A stretch of DNA of 64,000 nt from Dehalococcoidia bacterium (GCA_046583495.1 JAYGCF010000008.1:7-64006); one strand, 5' to 3'. Shown: positions 1 through 9,423, numbered from the stretch's first letter. A program made the numbers and translations. The notes: generated by a model from the sequence alone, not told the origin.

Positions 1-602
1 GCCGTCTGGTAGACCTCGGTGAACAGTTCCGGTGGATGATTATGTTCGGCCCCACCAATACCGATGCCGATGACACCCAGCGAGTGTAACTCTGATACTT
101 CGTCTAGCACCTCCGAGGCCGTTACTGGGCCAAAATCACGCACTAAATCTGGGATCAATGCGACCTCTATCCCCTTTACGCTGTCTAAACCGGCCCGTAC
201 CGATTCAAGTAAACGGCCGGTTTCAAGTCCCTCTTGCTTAAAGCGCACGGGAGAGAAAAATGCTTCCACGTATCGGATGTTTTCCTCTTTGAGTTGAGTG
301 GCAACAGCAGCACTTAAAAACGTGAAGTCTTCGTATTCGCGTATGAAACTATTTTTCCAGACCCATAGCTCTAGAAAATGCGGGAAGTCCCGGAACTTGA
401 AGTATTCGCGTAAAGCCTCTTCGTCGGCTACACGGGGATCGCCCCCGTATTTCTGAACTAGTTCCCAAAGTGCTGGTATGGGAATGGCGCCTTCAAGGTG
501 GAGATGTAGTTCGACCTTAGGAAGTCTGCGGCACCAGTCAAGTGCACTTGAAGTCAATTCTGACATTCCAAGAGAGGATCCTTGCTTTACTGTGCCCATC
601 AT
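1..602 (-). CDS. adenosine/adenine deaminase-family metallohydrolase (C-terminal part cut by the window edge; absent from the ORF track because no stop is reached)
   Basis: Manual translation of the minus strand from ATG at 602 gives MMGTVKQGSSLGMSELTSSALDWCRRLPKVELHLHLEGAIPIPALWELVQKYGG...IGIGGAEHNHPPELF, open to position 1. ELHLHLEG is the HxH metal signature of the adenosine deaminase family. A GGTGG SD-like run lies just upstream. Confidence 0.75.
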   Translation of the reverse strand, partial: MMGTVKQGSSLGMSELTSSALDWCRRLPKVELHLHLEGAIPIPALWELVQKYGGDPRVADEEALREYFKFRDFPHFLELWVWKNSFIREYEDFTFLSAAVATQLKEENIRYVEAFFSPVRFKQEGLETGRLLESVRAGLDSVKGIEVALIPDLVRDFGPVTASEVLDEVSELHSLGVIGIGIGGAEHNHPPELFTEVYQT

Positions 603-640
603 CCCACCTTTGGAGTATGGATGAAGCAAACGGATTGTTT

Positions 641-1807
641 CTAAAGGGTTCCTGATCCAAGTTGTGGGTATATGTCTGGATATATGTTTCCGGGGACATA
701 CGGATATTCCTCAAATTTGGCCTCATCCACGTCGATTCCAAGTCCTGGTCCATCCGGAATCGCCAGCTTCCCATTTCTGACATGTTCGAGATCGAATATG
801 GGATCCTTCAGAATGTCATCTCGAAGAGGTTGATACTCCGAACCGTCATACTCAAGGATTACCTCCTCGACCATGGAAGCAAAGTGCATATTCGCAGCTT
901 GTCCGACCGCCGTTAGTCCTCCGATATGCGGGAATACCCTGATGTCATTGGCTTTGGCTATTCCTACGACGTTTAGGCACTCCAGGAAGCCACCAGCGAC
1001 AGTCACATCTGGTTGCCAGTAATCCGCTGCTTTGTAATCGGCGAGTTCCGAAAACTGGTGAACGGAATACACACGCTCACCAACTGCTATCGAAACAGGA
1101 GATTCCGACGCTAACCTGGAGAGACCCTTGATCCAAGTTTGAGGGATCGGTTCCTCAAACCAGAACACATCAAGATCTCCCATATGCTTTGCAATTCGGA
1201 TGGCGGATTCGACGCCATAGTTACAGTATGCATCTACCATGAGCTTGATATTCGGCCCTATATGGTCCCGTACTCCCTCCACCTGTTCCATATCTTTAGC
1301 CGCTCCGGAAGCTATTCGTGTCTTCACGCCCACGAAGCCAAGTTCTAATGCCTTATCGAAGAACTGCCCATGCCACGCAGCATCTTTCTCAGGGAATGTG
1401 CTACCGGTCATATAGAGCGGTATCTGATCTACCAGCTTTCCACCCAACAGAGCGTTGACCGGCACACCGAGAGCTTTTCCTTTAATGTCCCATAAGGCTG
1501 TCTCCAACGCTCCTATTACCTGCGCTGAAATTCCGTTGACTCCCATCCAAGGGTTGAGATATCGCTCCATCTCTTTCTTTCGGACCCGAATCTCCATAGG
1601 GTCACTGCCTAAGAGCATAGGGGTCAGGATGTGGTCAACCATTGTCTTAATTACGGTTGGGTAGAAGTGGCCGTAAGACGTTGATGCTTCGCCAAATCCT
1701 GAAATGCCAGCGTCGGTTTCGACCCTAACAAGTGCAAAGGCTCGGCTCAGCACCGGGAAGTCTTTCTGATAACCAAGTGGGATTACCGTTATCGACTTTA
1801 TTTTCAC
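641..1807 (-). CDS. enolase-superfamily enzyme (mandelate racemase/muconate lactonizing family; acid-sugar dehydratase-like)
   Basis: 388-aa ORF. N-terminal capping domain ...ALWDIKGKALGVPVNALLGG. Barrel motifs KTRI..., LMVDAY, FWFEEP are typical MR/MLE metal ligands. Confidence 0.85.
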   Translation of the reverse strand: MKIKSITVIPLGYQKDFPVLSRAFALVRVETDAGISGFGEASTSYGHFYPTVIKTMVDHILTPMLLGSDPMEIRVRKKEMERYLNPWMGVNGISAQVIGALETALWDIKGKALGVPVNALLGGKLVDQIPLYMTGSTFPEKDAAWHGQFFDKALELGFVGVKTRIASGAAKDMEQVEGVRDHIGPNIKLMVDAYCNYGVESAIRIAKHMGDLDVFWFEEPIPQTWIKGLSRLASESPVSIAVGERVYSVHQFSELADYKAADYWQPDVTVAGGFLECLNVVGIAKANDIRVFPHIGGLTAVGQAANMHFASMVEEVILEYDGSEYQPLRDDILKDPIFDLEHVRNGKLAIPDGPGLGIDVDEAKFEEYPYVPGNIYPDIYPQLGSGTL

Positions 1808-2101
1808 CGTGTGATGTTCTCCGAATGAGGTTTTACGTCATCGTGTAAGTGTGACGGGAATAAGAGGGAACCGGTGCGATTCGTGGTCGATTTGCCAGAT
1901 TCGCACATATTTCCCTAGCGTAAATGGGCTGACTATTTGATGGTATCGAGTGACGCACGTTTCAGCCTAAATAACAATTCTTGGAAGGCAACACCTTTTA
2001 GGTACGATGTATTGGAAGCTCTTCGGTTCGCACCGTACGTTATTTGGAGGTGGTGAAGCCCTTAGTGATAGTTACGGGTGTTCCGATTTCGGAAAGGTTC
2101 T

Positions 2102-2344
2102 ATGATGATTGCGCTTGGGATATTGCTCCTGGTGATCGGGCCACTGTTTTTGCTGTTCCCACACCAAATGGCGCGTTTGGGACGACCCTCGTCGCGTACA
2201 GGTCGGGAACGGTATGAACAGGGTTTGAGGATGCGTGGCATGAGACCGGGGGAGGATGAAGAGAACCACGTTACGCGGCTTCGTGAACGTGTCGCTGGCG
2301 CCGTGATGAGCCTATTGGGCCTGATATTCCTTTTCCTTTCTTGA
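2102..2344 (+). CDS. small two-TM membrane protein (hypothetical)
   Basis: ATG at 2102 is preceded by GGAAAGG. Hydrophobic segments MMIALGILLLVIGPLFLLF and AGAVMSLLGLIFLFLS flank a basic loop. I recognise no family. Confidence 0.3.
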   Translation: MMIALGILLLVIGPLFLLFPHQMARLGRPSSRTGRERYEQGLRMRGMRPGEDEENHVTRLRERVAGAVMSLLGLIFLFLS

Positions 2345-2656
2345 TTCCTTTACGGGCCATTTTGTTTTGTACGCAAGATCATGGGGCGGATCAAGGAAGA
2401 AGACCATGTCTGTTGCCCTACTTCAGTAGTGAGTAGTGACTTTCGAACTTGTGCGATCCCGTTTTCTTCGTAGGCCGCTCTGAATCAGAGAAATTTATCC
2501 CAGTTTCCTGTTCTTGGGCGCCCCGGCGTAGTAAATTGCGCAGCAAACGTGCAAATACTTGAGATTACGTAAATTCATGCTGTGTGTAGGGGAGGGGGGT
2601 GCACATTTTGGCCGGCAAAGTTATATAGTGCGCAAGACGCCTGAGGAGGTTGGTTA

Positions 2657-3904
2657 ATGCCGAAGAAAGTCCACCACGTTGTTCGACGTACCGGTACAAC
2701 TCTTGAAGCTCCAATAGTTGAGATACCCGTCGCAGAAGATATTGCAGGGGTACCGGGGATACCGCAGATAGAAAAAGACGTTGCTTTTTACAGCCGCGAG
2801 TATCCACTTGAGACTCAGAACGTTGAGAAAGCTGCAGATCGCGAATGGTCTTGGTCTGTCTACACGCCTGAGGTATTCGAGTATCGAGAGCTTCACGAGA
2901 AAGCCAACGCACCTTTTGTGGAAGCGGCAGCGACCACTGGAGAGATCGAGCCCACGGCCGAGCCGGTTGGGAGAGATATCACAGAGGACATTCGGCGCAA
3001 GGGGTACGAGCTCGGTTTCGGAGACGTAGGTTTCACCAAGTACGATCGCCGATACACTTTTGCAAGCAAGAAGCGTTGGGTGAAGTTTCCGGGCGCTATC
3101 TGTGTTGCTTTGGAACAGGACTACGCGCAGACGCAGAGCCTCCCCAGCCTGGAAGCCGAGTTTGCACACTTTGGCACGTACGAGACTGAGAACGAGCAGT
3201 GCCTTGCACTAGCTGATTTCATCAGATCTCTTGGCTACCATGCACAAGTCCACAGCCCAAATGACAACAGTGCACCATTTCTTCCAATGTTCGTGGCTGC
3301 CGGTATGGGGCAACTCGGTGCAAACGGGCAACTCCTCTCACCTCATTTCGGGTCACGAGCCCGGCTGGCCATCATCACCACGGATGGACCGTTAACGTAC
3401 GACGAACCTGTTGACTACGGTGTCCACAAGTTCTGCCAGGAGTGCCTGGTTTGTGCGGACAGGTGCCCGGCAAGGGCAATCACACGAGACAAGGTCTGGT
3501 ATCGAGGCGTCGAGAAGAACAAGCTCATTTACGACCGATGTCGCCCAGTGATGTCTACTTATGAGGGCTGTGCGGTCTGCATGAAGGCCTGCCCGATCCA
3601 ACGCTACGGTATGAAGCCAGTTATGGAGCATTACGTTGAGACTGGTGAAGTACTTGGCAAACGTACGCACAACTTGGAAGGCTTTGAGTTAAGAGACAAG
3701 GGTTATTTTGGCCCGGGCGAACTCCCGTCATTCGACAGGAGCCTATTCGAATTTCCGAAGGGCACTAAGGACGAATGGTTGTTTGCTCAATTCAGGGACA
3801 AGGTTGAAGACGGCGATGGTGCGACTCCCGAGGAGACGGCTGCGTTTGTGAAAGAGCTGAAGGAAATCCTTGATAAAGGTGCGTCGACAATCGGAGATGA
3901 GTAA
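2657..3904 (+). CDS. RdhA/QueG-superfamily iron-sulfur protein (reductive-dehalogenase-like, no Tat signal)
   Basis: GAGGAGG SD before the ATG. Two ferredoxin-type motifs: CQECLVCADRCP and C(x11)CAVCMKACP. The core ...LADFIRSLGYHAQVH...FVAAGMGQLGANGQLLSPHFGSRARLAIITTDGPL resembles the RdhA/epoxyqueuosine reductase fold. Confidence 0.6.
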   Translation: MPKKVHHVVRRTGTTLEAPIVEIPVAEDIAGVPGIPQIEKDVAFYSREYPLETQNVEKAADREWSWSVYTPEVFEYRELHEKANAPFVEAAATTGEIEPTAEPVGRDITEDIRRKGYELGFGDVGFTKYDRRYTFASKKRWVKFPGAICVALEQDYAQTQSLPSLEAEFAHFGTYETENEQCLALADFIRSLGYHAQVHSPNDNSAPFLPMFVAAGMGQLGANGQLLSPHFGSRARLAIITTDGPLTYDEPVDYGVHKFCQECLVCADRCPARAITRDKVWYRGVEKNKLIYDRCRPVMSTYEGCAVCMKACPIQRYGMKPVMEHYVETGEVLGKRTHNLEGFELRDKGYFGPGELPSFDRSLFEFPKGTKDEWLFAQFRDKVEDGDGATPEETAAFVKELKEILDKGASTIGDE

Positions 3905-3959
3905 ACGCATAGTTGTCGCATATTCGATTCATATATCGAAGAGATAGGGGAGACAACAG

Positions 3960-4151
3960 TTGTTCGAAAAGTCCGATCTAGACGTACTTTTTGGGGACCT
4001 GGAAGGGTCGCATGGAGACTCAGCGGATTATGACCGTTTGCTCAAGCAGACGCACTTGGCTATAGCGTTACTTGATGCCGATCGGCCATTAGACGACCAG
4101 TTTGATCCAGTTGTAGTGGCACTGGTGGAAAAGCACAAACCCACCGGCTGA
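3960..4151 (+). CDS. small acidic hypothetical protein
   Basis: 63-codon ORF with TTG start after GGGGAGA. It lies between the RdhA-like gene and the terminator hairpin. No recognisable motif. Confidence 0.2.
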   Translation: MFEKSDLDVLFGDLEGSHGDSADYDRLLKQTHLAIALLDADRPLDDQFDPVVVALVEKHKPTG

Positions 4152-4178
4152 TCAAACGCGGATTCAGTGAAAAGAAAA

Positions 4179-4203
4179 GGACCGGGGCAATCCGCCCCGG
4201 TCC
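4179..4203. terminator. bidirectional rho-independent terminator hairpin
   Basis: GGACCGGGGC-aatcc-GCCCCGGTCC is a perfect 10-bp GC-rich stem. The minus strand follows with TTTTCTTTTC and the plus strand with TTT. It sits between convergent genes. Confidence 0.65.
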
Positions 4204-4220
4204 TTTCGGTTGTTAGAGCA

Positions 4221-5483
4221 TTAATCGAGTGGTTTCGGGGGGGGTAGCGGTCGTAGTGAGGCCGTTGAGTCTTCTGTTGCGACCACTATTTCACCGGCCT
4301 TCACGACCAATTCAAGTTGCTCGAAAGCTGACCGTAACCCGTCTAAAGGGTTTGCTTTAAGCAACAATAGGTCAGCGCGTTTTCCCGCGGCTATCACCCC
4401 AGAATCTTTGAGTCCGCAGATCTCTGCCGCGACTCCCGTTGCTCCTTTGATTACGATGTCTAAAGGGACACCGTAATCAAGGAGAGTTTCCATCTCTTCT
4501 AAGACTGTGAAACGGGAATCTGTCCCAACACCGATTAGAACACCTTGGTCTACTGCTTCAAGGACTCTGTCCCTGTGTCCGGCGCTTTCTAGAAGTCCAG
4601 CGAGCTCGGGAGAGGACCTTCGGGCCATACGCCATGCCACCCTCGCGGTTGGCACGAACGACACTCCACTGTCAGCCATGGCCAAGATCCCATCTGTTGT
4701 TGTAAGAAACGCGTGTTCAATAGTGTCGACACCAGCCTTGATCGCTCGTTTGACCGCTGAGTCAGACATGGCATGGGTGGTGATGAGCTTGTTAAATCGG
4801 TGTGCCTCTTCTACACCTGCTATCAACTCTTCCAGGCGGTATTCATCGGTCTCCGGACTTTCGTGGGGATAGTTCGCAAGTCCTGCTGTCGACATGATCT
4901 TGATGCAGTCTGCCCCACCTTTAATCTGCTCTCGAATCGCTTTACGGATTTCCTCTGGGCCATCCGCTTCCCGGACTCCGTACCACGGTGTCCCGTGACC
5001 TCCGGTCATGGCGATAATAAGTCGACTAGCTAATACGCGCGGACCGGGAATACGATCCATTTCAATAGCGTCCCGGATATCCACATTAGTGAACATTTCC
5101 TGTCCGCAACTCATGCCGGGACCGCCCAGTTCGCGGACCGTGGTCACTCCTTGTCGTAATTCCCAGGTAGCATTCCCTGCCGCTTCTAGAGCATTGGTGC
5201 CCGGGCTTGCCTGTCTACGCCGTTCCCGGTTTGCCTGGTAATCATTTGCAGGTGAGGTTCGAAGCCATTTATTGGACAGATGGTCGTGACAGTTGATTAG
5301 GCCTGGCATGAGCCATCGACCTGCACCGTCTATCGGAATAGAACCATCGGAGTTGGGATAAGGATCGTTGGACCCGGTAACGCTCTCAATAGATGAACCT
5401 TTTAGTACAACTGTTGCATCGTGAATGATACCGCCGAGACCATCCAGAACATTAACGTGAGTGATGGTGTGTTTTTGGGTCAT
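4221..5483 (-). CDS. metal-dependent amidohydrolase (imidazolonepropionase/prolidase-like family)
   Basis: 420 aa. N-terminal beta-sandwich ...VNVLDG..., HxH motif GLINCHDHLS, later THA and GTDS motifs. Confidence 0.85.
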   Translation of the reverse strand: MTQKHTITHVNVLDGLGGIIHDATVVLKGSSIESVTGSNDPYPNSDGSIPIDGAGRWLMPGLINCHDHLSNKWLRTSPANDYQANRERRRQASPGTNALEAAGNATWELRQGVTTVRELGGPGMSCGQEMFTNVDIRDAIEMDRIPGPRVLASRLIIAMTGGHGTPWYGVREADGPEEIRKAIREQIKGGADCIKIMSTAGLANYPHESPETDEYRLEELIAGVEEAHRFNKLITTHAMSDSAVKRAIKAGVDTIEHAFLTTTDGILAMADSGVSFVPTARVAWRMARRSSPELAGLLESAGHRDRVLEAVDQGVLIGVGTDSRFTVLEEMETLLDYGVPLDIVIKGATGVAAEICGLKDSGVIAAGKRADLLLLKANPLDGLRSAFEQLELVVKAGEIVVATEDSTASLRPLPPPKPLD

Positions 5484-6412
5484 GCCCCAGGCTCCCTGGG
5501 AAGACTTACATTGCCCTGGATTTCGTGCATCAAAATTTGCCCCCTTACGTTGGCGTTAACCGCGACGTCACCGGCCACACGATGCACGGTTAGATGCCCA
5601 GTTCCTGCGTTTCCGATATCGACATCTCCACCTATATCTGAAATCCTAGCTGGTCCGCTGCGATTATCACCTATGCTGACGTTACCTCGAATGCTCGTTA
5701 AATCTACTTCTCCGTACCCATGTATGGCACCTACAGCTACATTCCCATCGATGTCCGCCAGAGCCATAGACCCTTCGAGTCCAGTCACATTCACACTCCC
5801 ACCGATATCTTTAACGTCTAGGCTCCCAAAACCCACATTAGCTTGTAGCGAGTGGACATTCGACACCGACACCGGACCATCCTCATTTTCGATCTCTACG
5901 CGTGGGAACCCATCAGGAACAAAGATCTGCAGGTCCATACGGACATCGCTTTCTAACTCTCCATTTGCTCGGCGTGGGATATCGACAGAAATAACTATTT
6001 CATCACCTGAATTTAACGCGTGGAAAGTAATTGAATCGATATGGCGATGTGATGTAAGGGTGGCGCAGGTCTGTCCAAGCACCGTTACCGACGTCCTACC
6101 GTTTTGACCCTCTACCAAAAGGTCTCCACGGTCCCCCGCGATGCGGATTAGTTTTGCGTCTCCGATGGCTATGTCGGTGGCCTGCTTCTCGCCTCCGTCA
6201 CAACCGTCATCAAAAATGGACTTATAAATTGCCTCGCCCGGAGGAAAAAGAATTAACAGAGAGATTAATACAAGTCCGGAGACGGATATGAACATGGCCC
6301 AACCCAATAGAAGGTTGCGGAAAATCCGCAGCCGTAGTGAGCCCTTCTCTTCTTCCGGGTCTTCGTAAAATATCACGGGGATTACTTTTAAGCCCCCGGC
6401 AGGGATTAGCAA
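5480..6412 (-). CDS. membrane-anchored beta-strand-repeat protein (DUF4097/putative-adhesin-like)
   Basis: One N-terminal TM (LLLGWAMFISVSGLVLISLLILF), then degenerate repeats (GGSVNV, DGNVAV, RGNVSI, GGDVDI, AGDVAV, QGNVSL). Its stop overlaps the amidohydrolase start (ATGA). Confidence 0.6.
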   Translation of the reverse strand: MLIPAGGLKVIPVIFYEDPEEEKGSLRLRIFRNLLLGWAMFISVSGLVLISLLILFPPGEAIYKSIFDDGCDGGEKQATDIAIGDAKLIRIAGDRGDLLVEGQNGRTSVTVLGQTCATLTSHRHIDSITFHALNSGDEIVISVDIPRRANGELESDVRMDLQIFVPDGFPRVEIENEDGPVSVSNVHSLQANVGFGSLDVKDIGGSVNVTGLEGSMALADIDGNVAVGAIHGYGEVDLTSIRGNVSIGDNRSGPARISDIGGDVDIGNAGTGHLTVHRVAGDVAVNANVRGQILMHEIQGNVSLPREPGA

Positions 6413-6916
6413 GTCCGATAAGTAGTCTCGAACTCTGGGTATCTAGGCCATTTTGCCACGCATAGAGTCGCTCTATGTCTGCGTATCACTAAGAAAGGTA
6501 ATTGCAATAACGCCGATTAAACTTTTTACCTTGTAGGTTTGATATCTACTCCAAAGCTCAGTCTATTAGCAGGCGGTCTCTTTTCAAGGTAAATCGCTCG
6601 GTGCGATTGGTGCCGTGGTTCTCTTCTGTGACACATGACTAGCAAACCCTCCATCACATCTTCAAACGTTATTGATTCGAATGGTCAAGACGCGAGACGA
6701 GCATGTTCGTAGGACGCTATCATGTGAGGGTAGTTCGGTTAATACTCACCAAAATCTCTGATTCAGATGGGATAGAAACTCGTATGAACAAGTTGACCAA
6801 GGCGGTTTTGACGTTATGGTTGATCGGCGGCGCAATTTTCCCACTGGTCGTTGCGTTTTTTGCCTGGCAGAGAGGTCTTGGCAGCACCCATTAATCGCTT
6901 CTCGGCTGGTTTTTAA

Positions 6917-7912
6917 TTAACCCCAGTCTATCTGGTCTGCATTCACGCAATTCGGTGGCTTTCCCCCTGATATCGTCGCGAGAATGTTATCTACGGTCAT
7001 CTCTGACATTTTTCGCCTAGTCCCAACTGTAGCCGATGCGATATGTGGGACAATCGTGACGTTCTCCAAAGAGACGAGCGGGTGGTTTGCCGGTATTGGC
7101 TCCGGATCCGTGACGTCGATGGCAGCGTAGGCTATTTGCCCAATGCTCATGGCAGTCGTCAGCGCTTCGGTGTCTACGATGGGACCGCGAGCGGTGTTGA
7201 TCAGGGATGCCTCAGGCTTCATTCGTTTCAAGGCATCTGCGCCAATAAGGCCGTGGGTTTCCGGGGTAAGAGGGCAATGGAGGGATACAAAGTCCGAACG
7301 CTCTAGCAACTCATCAAGAGTTTTGACTCTTTCGCAACCATAGTCTTCCTTCGGTTGACTACGAGTTAGGTAGATTACCTTCATCCCGGAGGCCACTGCG
7401 CGTCGGGCAACAGCACTGCCGATCCTCCCAAACCCCACAATCCCCAGTGTGGACCCGTGAATGTCCACACCTAGGAGATCAAGTGGCTCGAACCACTGCC
7501 ATTCACCCCGCCTAACAAACCGGTCACTTTCCGCGATCCGCCTGGCAGCTGCCTGTATCATCGTGAAACCAAAATCAGCGGCTGTTTCAGTAAGGACCCC
7601 GGGTGTGTTTGTAACTGCGATGTTGCGTTTTGAAGCCTCATCGACATCGATGTTGTCGTAGCCAACACCGAACTCCCCGATCACCTTGAGATTCGGACCT
7701 GCGGCATCCATCACGGAACTGTCTATTGAATCCGTGATGTGGGCGAAAATCCCAAGGGAACCTTCTGCGGCAGTTCGTAGTTCGTCAGGTGTCGCTGGGG
7801 CTGGTCGGGTTAGAACGAGTGTATTCGACACATTGTTAAGTCGGTCAATTTGGTCCTGAAACTGGCGCCGTGTAATGAGAATCTTTGGGAGGGAGCTGCT
7901 GGAGGATGTCAA
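6917..7912 (-). CDS. D-isomer-specific 2-hydroxyacid dehydrogenase (glyoxylate/hydroxypyruvate reductase-like)
   Basis: GIVGFGRIGSAVARRA NAD-binding loop, NTARGPIVD, and the catalytic His context VPHIASAT. Confidence 0.9.
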   Translation of the reverse strand: MTSSSSSLPKILITRRQFQDQIDRLNNVSNTLVLTRPAPATPDELRTAAEGSLGIFAHITDSIDSSVMDAAGPNLKVIGEFGVGYDNIDVDEASKRNIAVTNTPGVLTETAADFGFTMIQAAARRIAESDRFVRRGEWQWFEPLDLLGVDIHGSTLGIVGFGRIGSAVARRAVASGMKVIYLTRSQPKEDYGCERVKTLDELLERSDFVSLHCPLTPETHGLIGADALKRMKPEASLINTARGPIVDTEALTTAMSIGQIAYAAIDVTDPEPIPANHPLVSLENVTIVPHIASATVGTRRKMSEMTVDNILATISGGKPPNCVNADQIDWG

Positions 7913-8105
7913 TTGTGAGGTAGTCTCCCTTGAGCGCTATTGGTGGATCGGTTCTGATCATCTACGATGCACGGCCGCCCGGCAAGTGTTTAATACGATC
8001 AGGACTTTCGGACATCTGTATCATCCCGGTTACTCTGAGTCCTATGTAATTCGATACATTGACGAAATCCGTTACCTGTCATTTTCAGGATGTGAGGAAA
8101 ATAAG

Positions 8106-8909
8106 TTGCTTACACAGCGTTCGCACGATACCGGGGAGGTGACGCTTAATTATGTTGAGATTGGAGAAGGTGACCCACTTGTATTGCTCCATGGTTTTAC
8201 AAGTGATTGGCGTTCCTGGTCTCAGGAAATAGGATTACTGTCCCATCGATGGAGAGTGCTGGTCCCGGATGCACGCGGTCACGGGGGATCGTCCGGGTCA
8301 GGAAAGCGCGATTACGGTTATGACGCTCGGATCAGGGATGCGGCATCTTTTATTAAGGCTACTGCCAGTGCACCTGCGATCGTGATAGGTCACTCTATGG
8401 GAGGTGCGACGGCTATGGGACTCGCTGCACTTCATTCTGATCTAATTAGAGGTGTAGTTCTCGAAGACCCTCACGTTTCTAGCGCATCTTCCTTCCCTGA
8501 AGAAGCCCGCATTTGGATGGAGGAAAACCGGGATTTCCTACTTACATCACCGTCATTGCAGGAGGCTATTCGAGGGATGAATACCAATTCGAGCAAGGAC
8601 GCTTCGGCTCAGCGATTGGATGCATCTCAGGCGGTGAAAATGGATCCCGAGTCTTATAACCCGTTTATAGATGACGCGATGTTTCACGGTTTTGATCCGG
8701 GCACGACCCTCTCGCAAGTCAAATGCCCAGTCCTTCTGCTTCAGGCCGACCCCAAACAGGGAGGGGTGGTTGGAAGATCGGCGGCAGAGCATATTCGGAC
8801 TGGTTTATCTGACTGCACTCACGTCAAACTGGATGTTGGACATAGCATTCACAAGGACGCGCCGATCGACTTCCGACGATCGTTGTTCGACTTCCTTGAC
8901 ACGATTTAA
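8106..8909 (+). CDS. alpha/beta-fold hydrolase
   Basis: HGF oxyanion region (LVLLHGFTSDWRSW) and nucleophile elbow GHSMGG. I prefer the TTG at 8106 after GAGGAA. The longer track ORF from 7875 overlaps the divergent dehydrogenase gene. Confidence 0.8.
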   Translation: MLTQRSHDTGEVTLNYVEIGEGDPLVLLHGFTSDWRSWSQEIGLLSHRWRVLVPDARGHGGSSGSGKRDYGYDARIRDAASFIKATASAPAIVIGHSMGGATAMGLAALHSDLIRGVVLEDPHVSSASSFPEEARIWMEENRDFLLTSPSLQEAIRGMNTNSSKDASAQRLDASQAVKMDPESYNPFIDDAMFHGFDPGTTLSQVKCPVLLLQADPKQGGVVGRSAAEHIRTGLSDCTHVKLDVGHSIHKDAPIDFRRSLFDFLDTI

Positions 8910-8931
8910 GTTCAGAAAAGTTAGGAGCGTA

Positions 8932-9423
8932 ATGACTGATTTAGCGGTACATGAATCGTTCATGAGGACTGCACTGGAAGAAGCAGAAACGTCTGCAAAT
9001 GAAGGTAACCAGGGCGTTGGCTCGGTGATCGTTCTGGATGGGAAGATCATAGCGCGTGGCAGGAACCTAGAAAACACGACTCATGATCCGACGGCTCATG
9101 CTGAATCAGTAGCGATTCGGAATTACGCGTCGTCCCTTACCTTGCCTCACGTGCAAAAGTCATGGAACCAGTATTTCGACGACCCCCCCGTTCTTGCGGG
9201 GACGGCGCTTTACTCTACATTTGAGCCCTGCCCCATGTGTTGTGGAGCGATCCTGGCTAATGGCATTGCGACAGTAATTCTCGGTGGCCGGCCTAAACCG
9301 GGAACATCTAAATGGGGCGATTACACCCTGGAAAACCTGATAAAACTGACAGGACGCCACGATAAAATCGAGGTTGTCACAGGTGTCCTATCCAAGGAAT
9401 GCTTCGATATTAGGAACGCGTAA
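8932..9423 (+). CDS. CMP/dCMP-type zinc deaminase (TadA/guanine-deaminase-like)
   Basis: ATG at 8932 after AGGAG. Zinc motifs HAES and PCPMCCGAI. The ORF-track 5' extension overlaps the preceding gene. Confidence 0.8.
   Translation: MTDLAVHESFMRTALEEAETSANEGNQGVGSVIVLDGKIIARGRNLENTTHDPTAHAESVAIRNYASSLTLPHVQKSWNQYFDDPPVLAGTALYSTFEPCPMCCGAILANGIATVILGGRPKPGTSKWGDYTLENLIKLTGRHDKIEVVTGVLSKECFDIRNA

Noticed and set aside
1855-1915. The string AAGAGGGAACCGGUGCGAUUC resembles the 5' core of a cobalamin riboswitch, which is tempting because a putatively corrinoid-dependent RdhA-like gene lies downstream.
   Set aside because: The rest of the consensus is missing: no CCGG..CCCGC continuation, no GCCACUG B12 box and no GAGCCAGGAGAC-like 3' part. 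The segment folds into a simple GTGCGA/TCGCAC hairpin instead. It needs an Rfam RF00174 scan to be sure.
5421-6107. Long antisense or alternative-frame ORFs: 5421..6107 +, 11225..11758 -, 21194..21694 -, 34652..35290 -, 35585..36085 -, 49796..50254 -, 9643..10053 -.
   Set aside because: All lie entirely within well-supported genes that have clear family motifs on the other strand or frame. Their low-complexity Ser/Pro/Arg-rich compositions are typical of shadow ORFs.
7875-8105. 5' extensions of ORFs in the track (7875-8105, 8671-8931, 24608-24703, 30657-30710, 34299-34424, 49357-49686, 55462-55575).
   Set aside because: The extensions overlap neighbouring genes or lack family-conserved sequence. 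Internal starts with Shine-Dalgarno-like motifs align with the conserved N-termini of the respective families.
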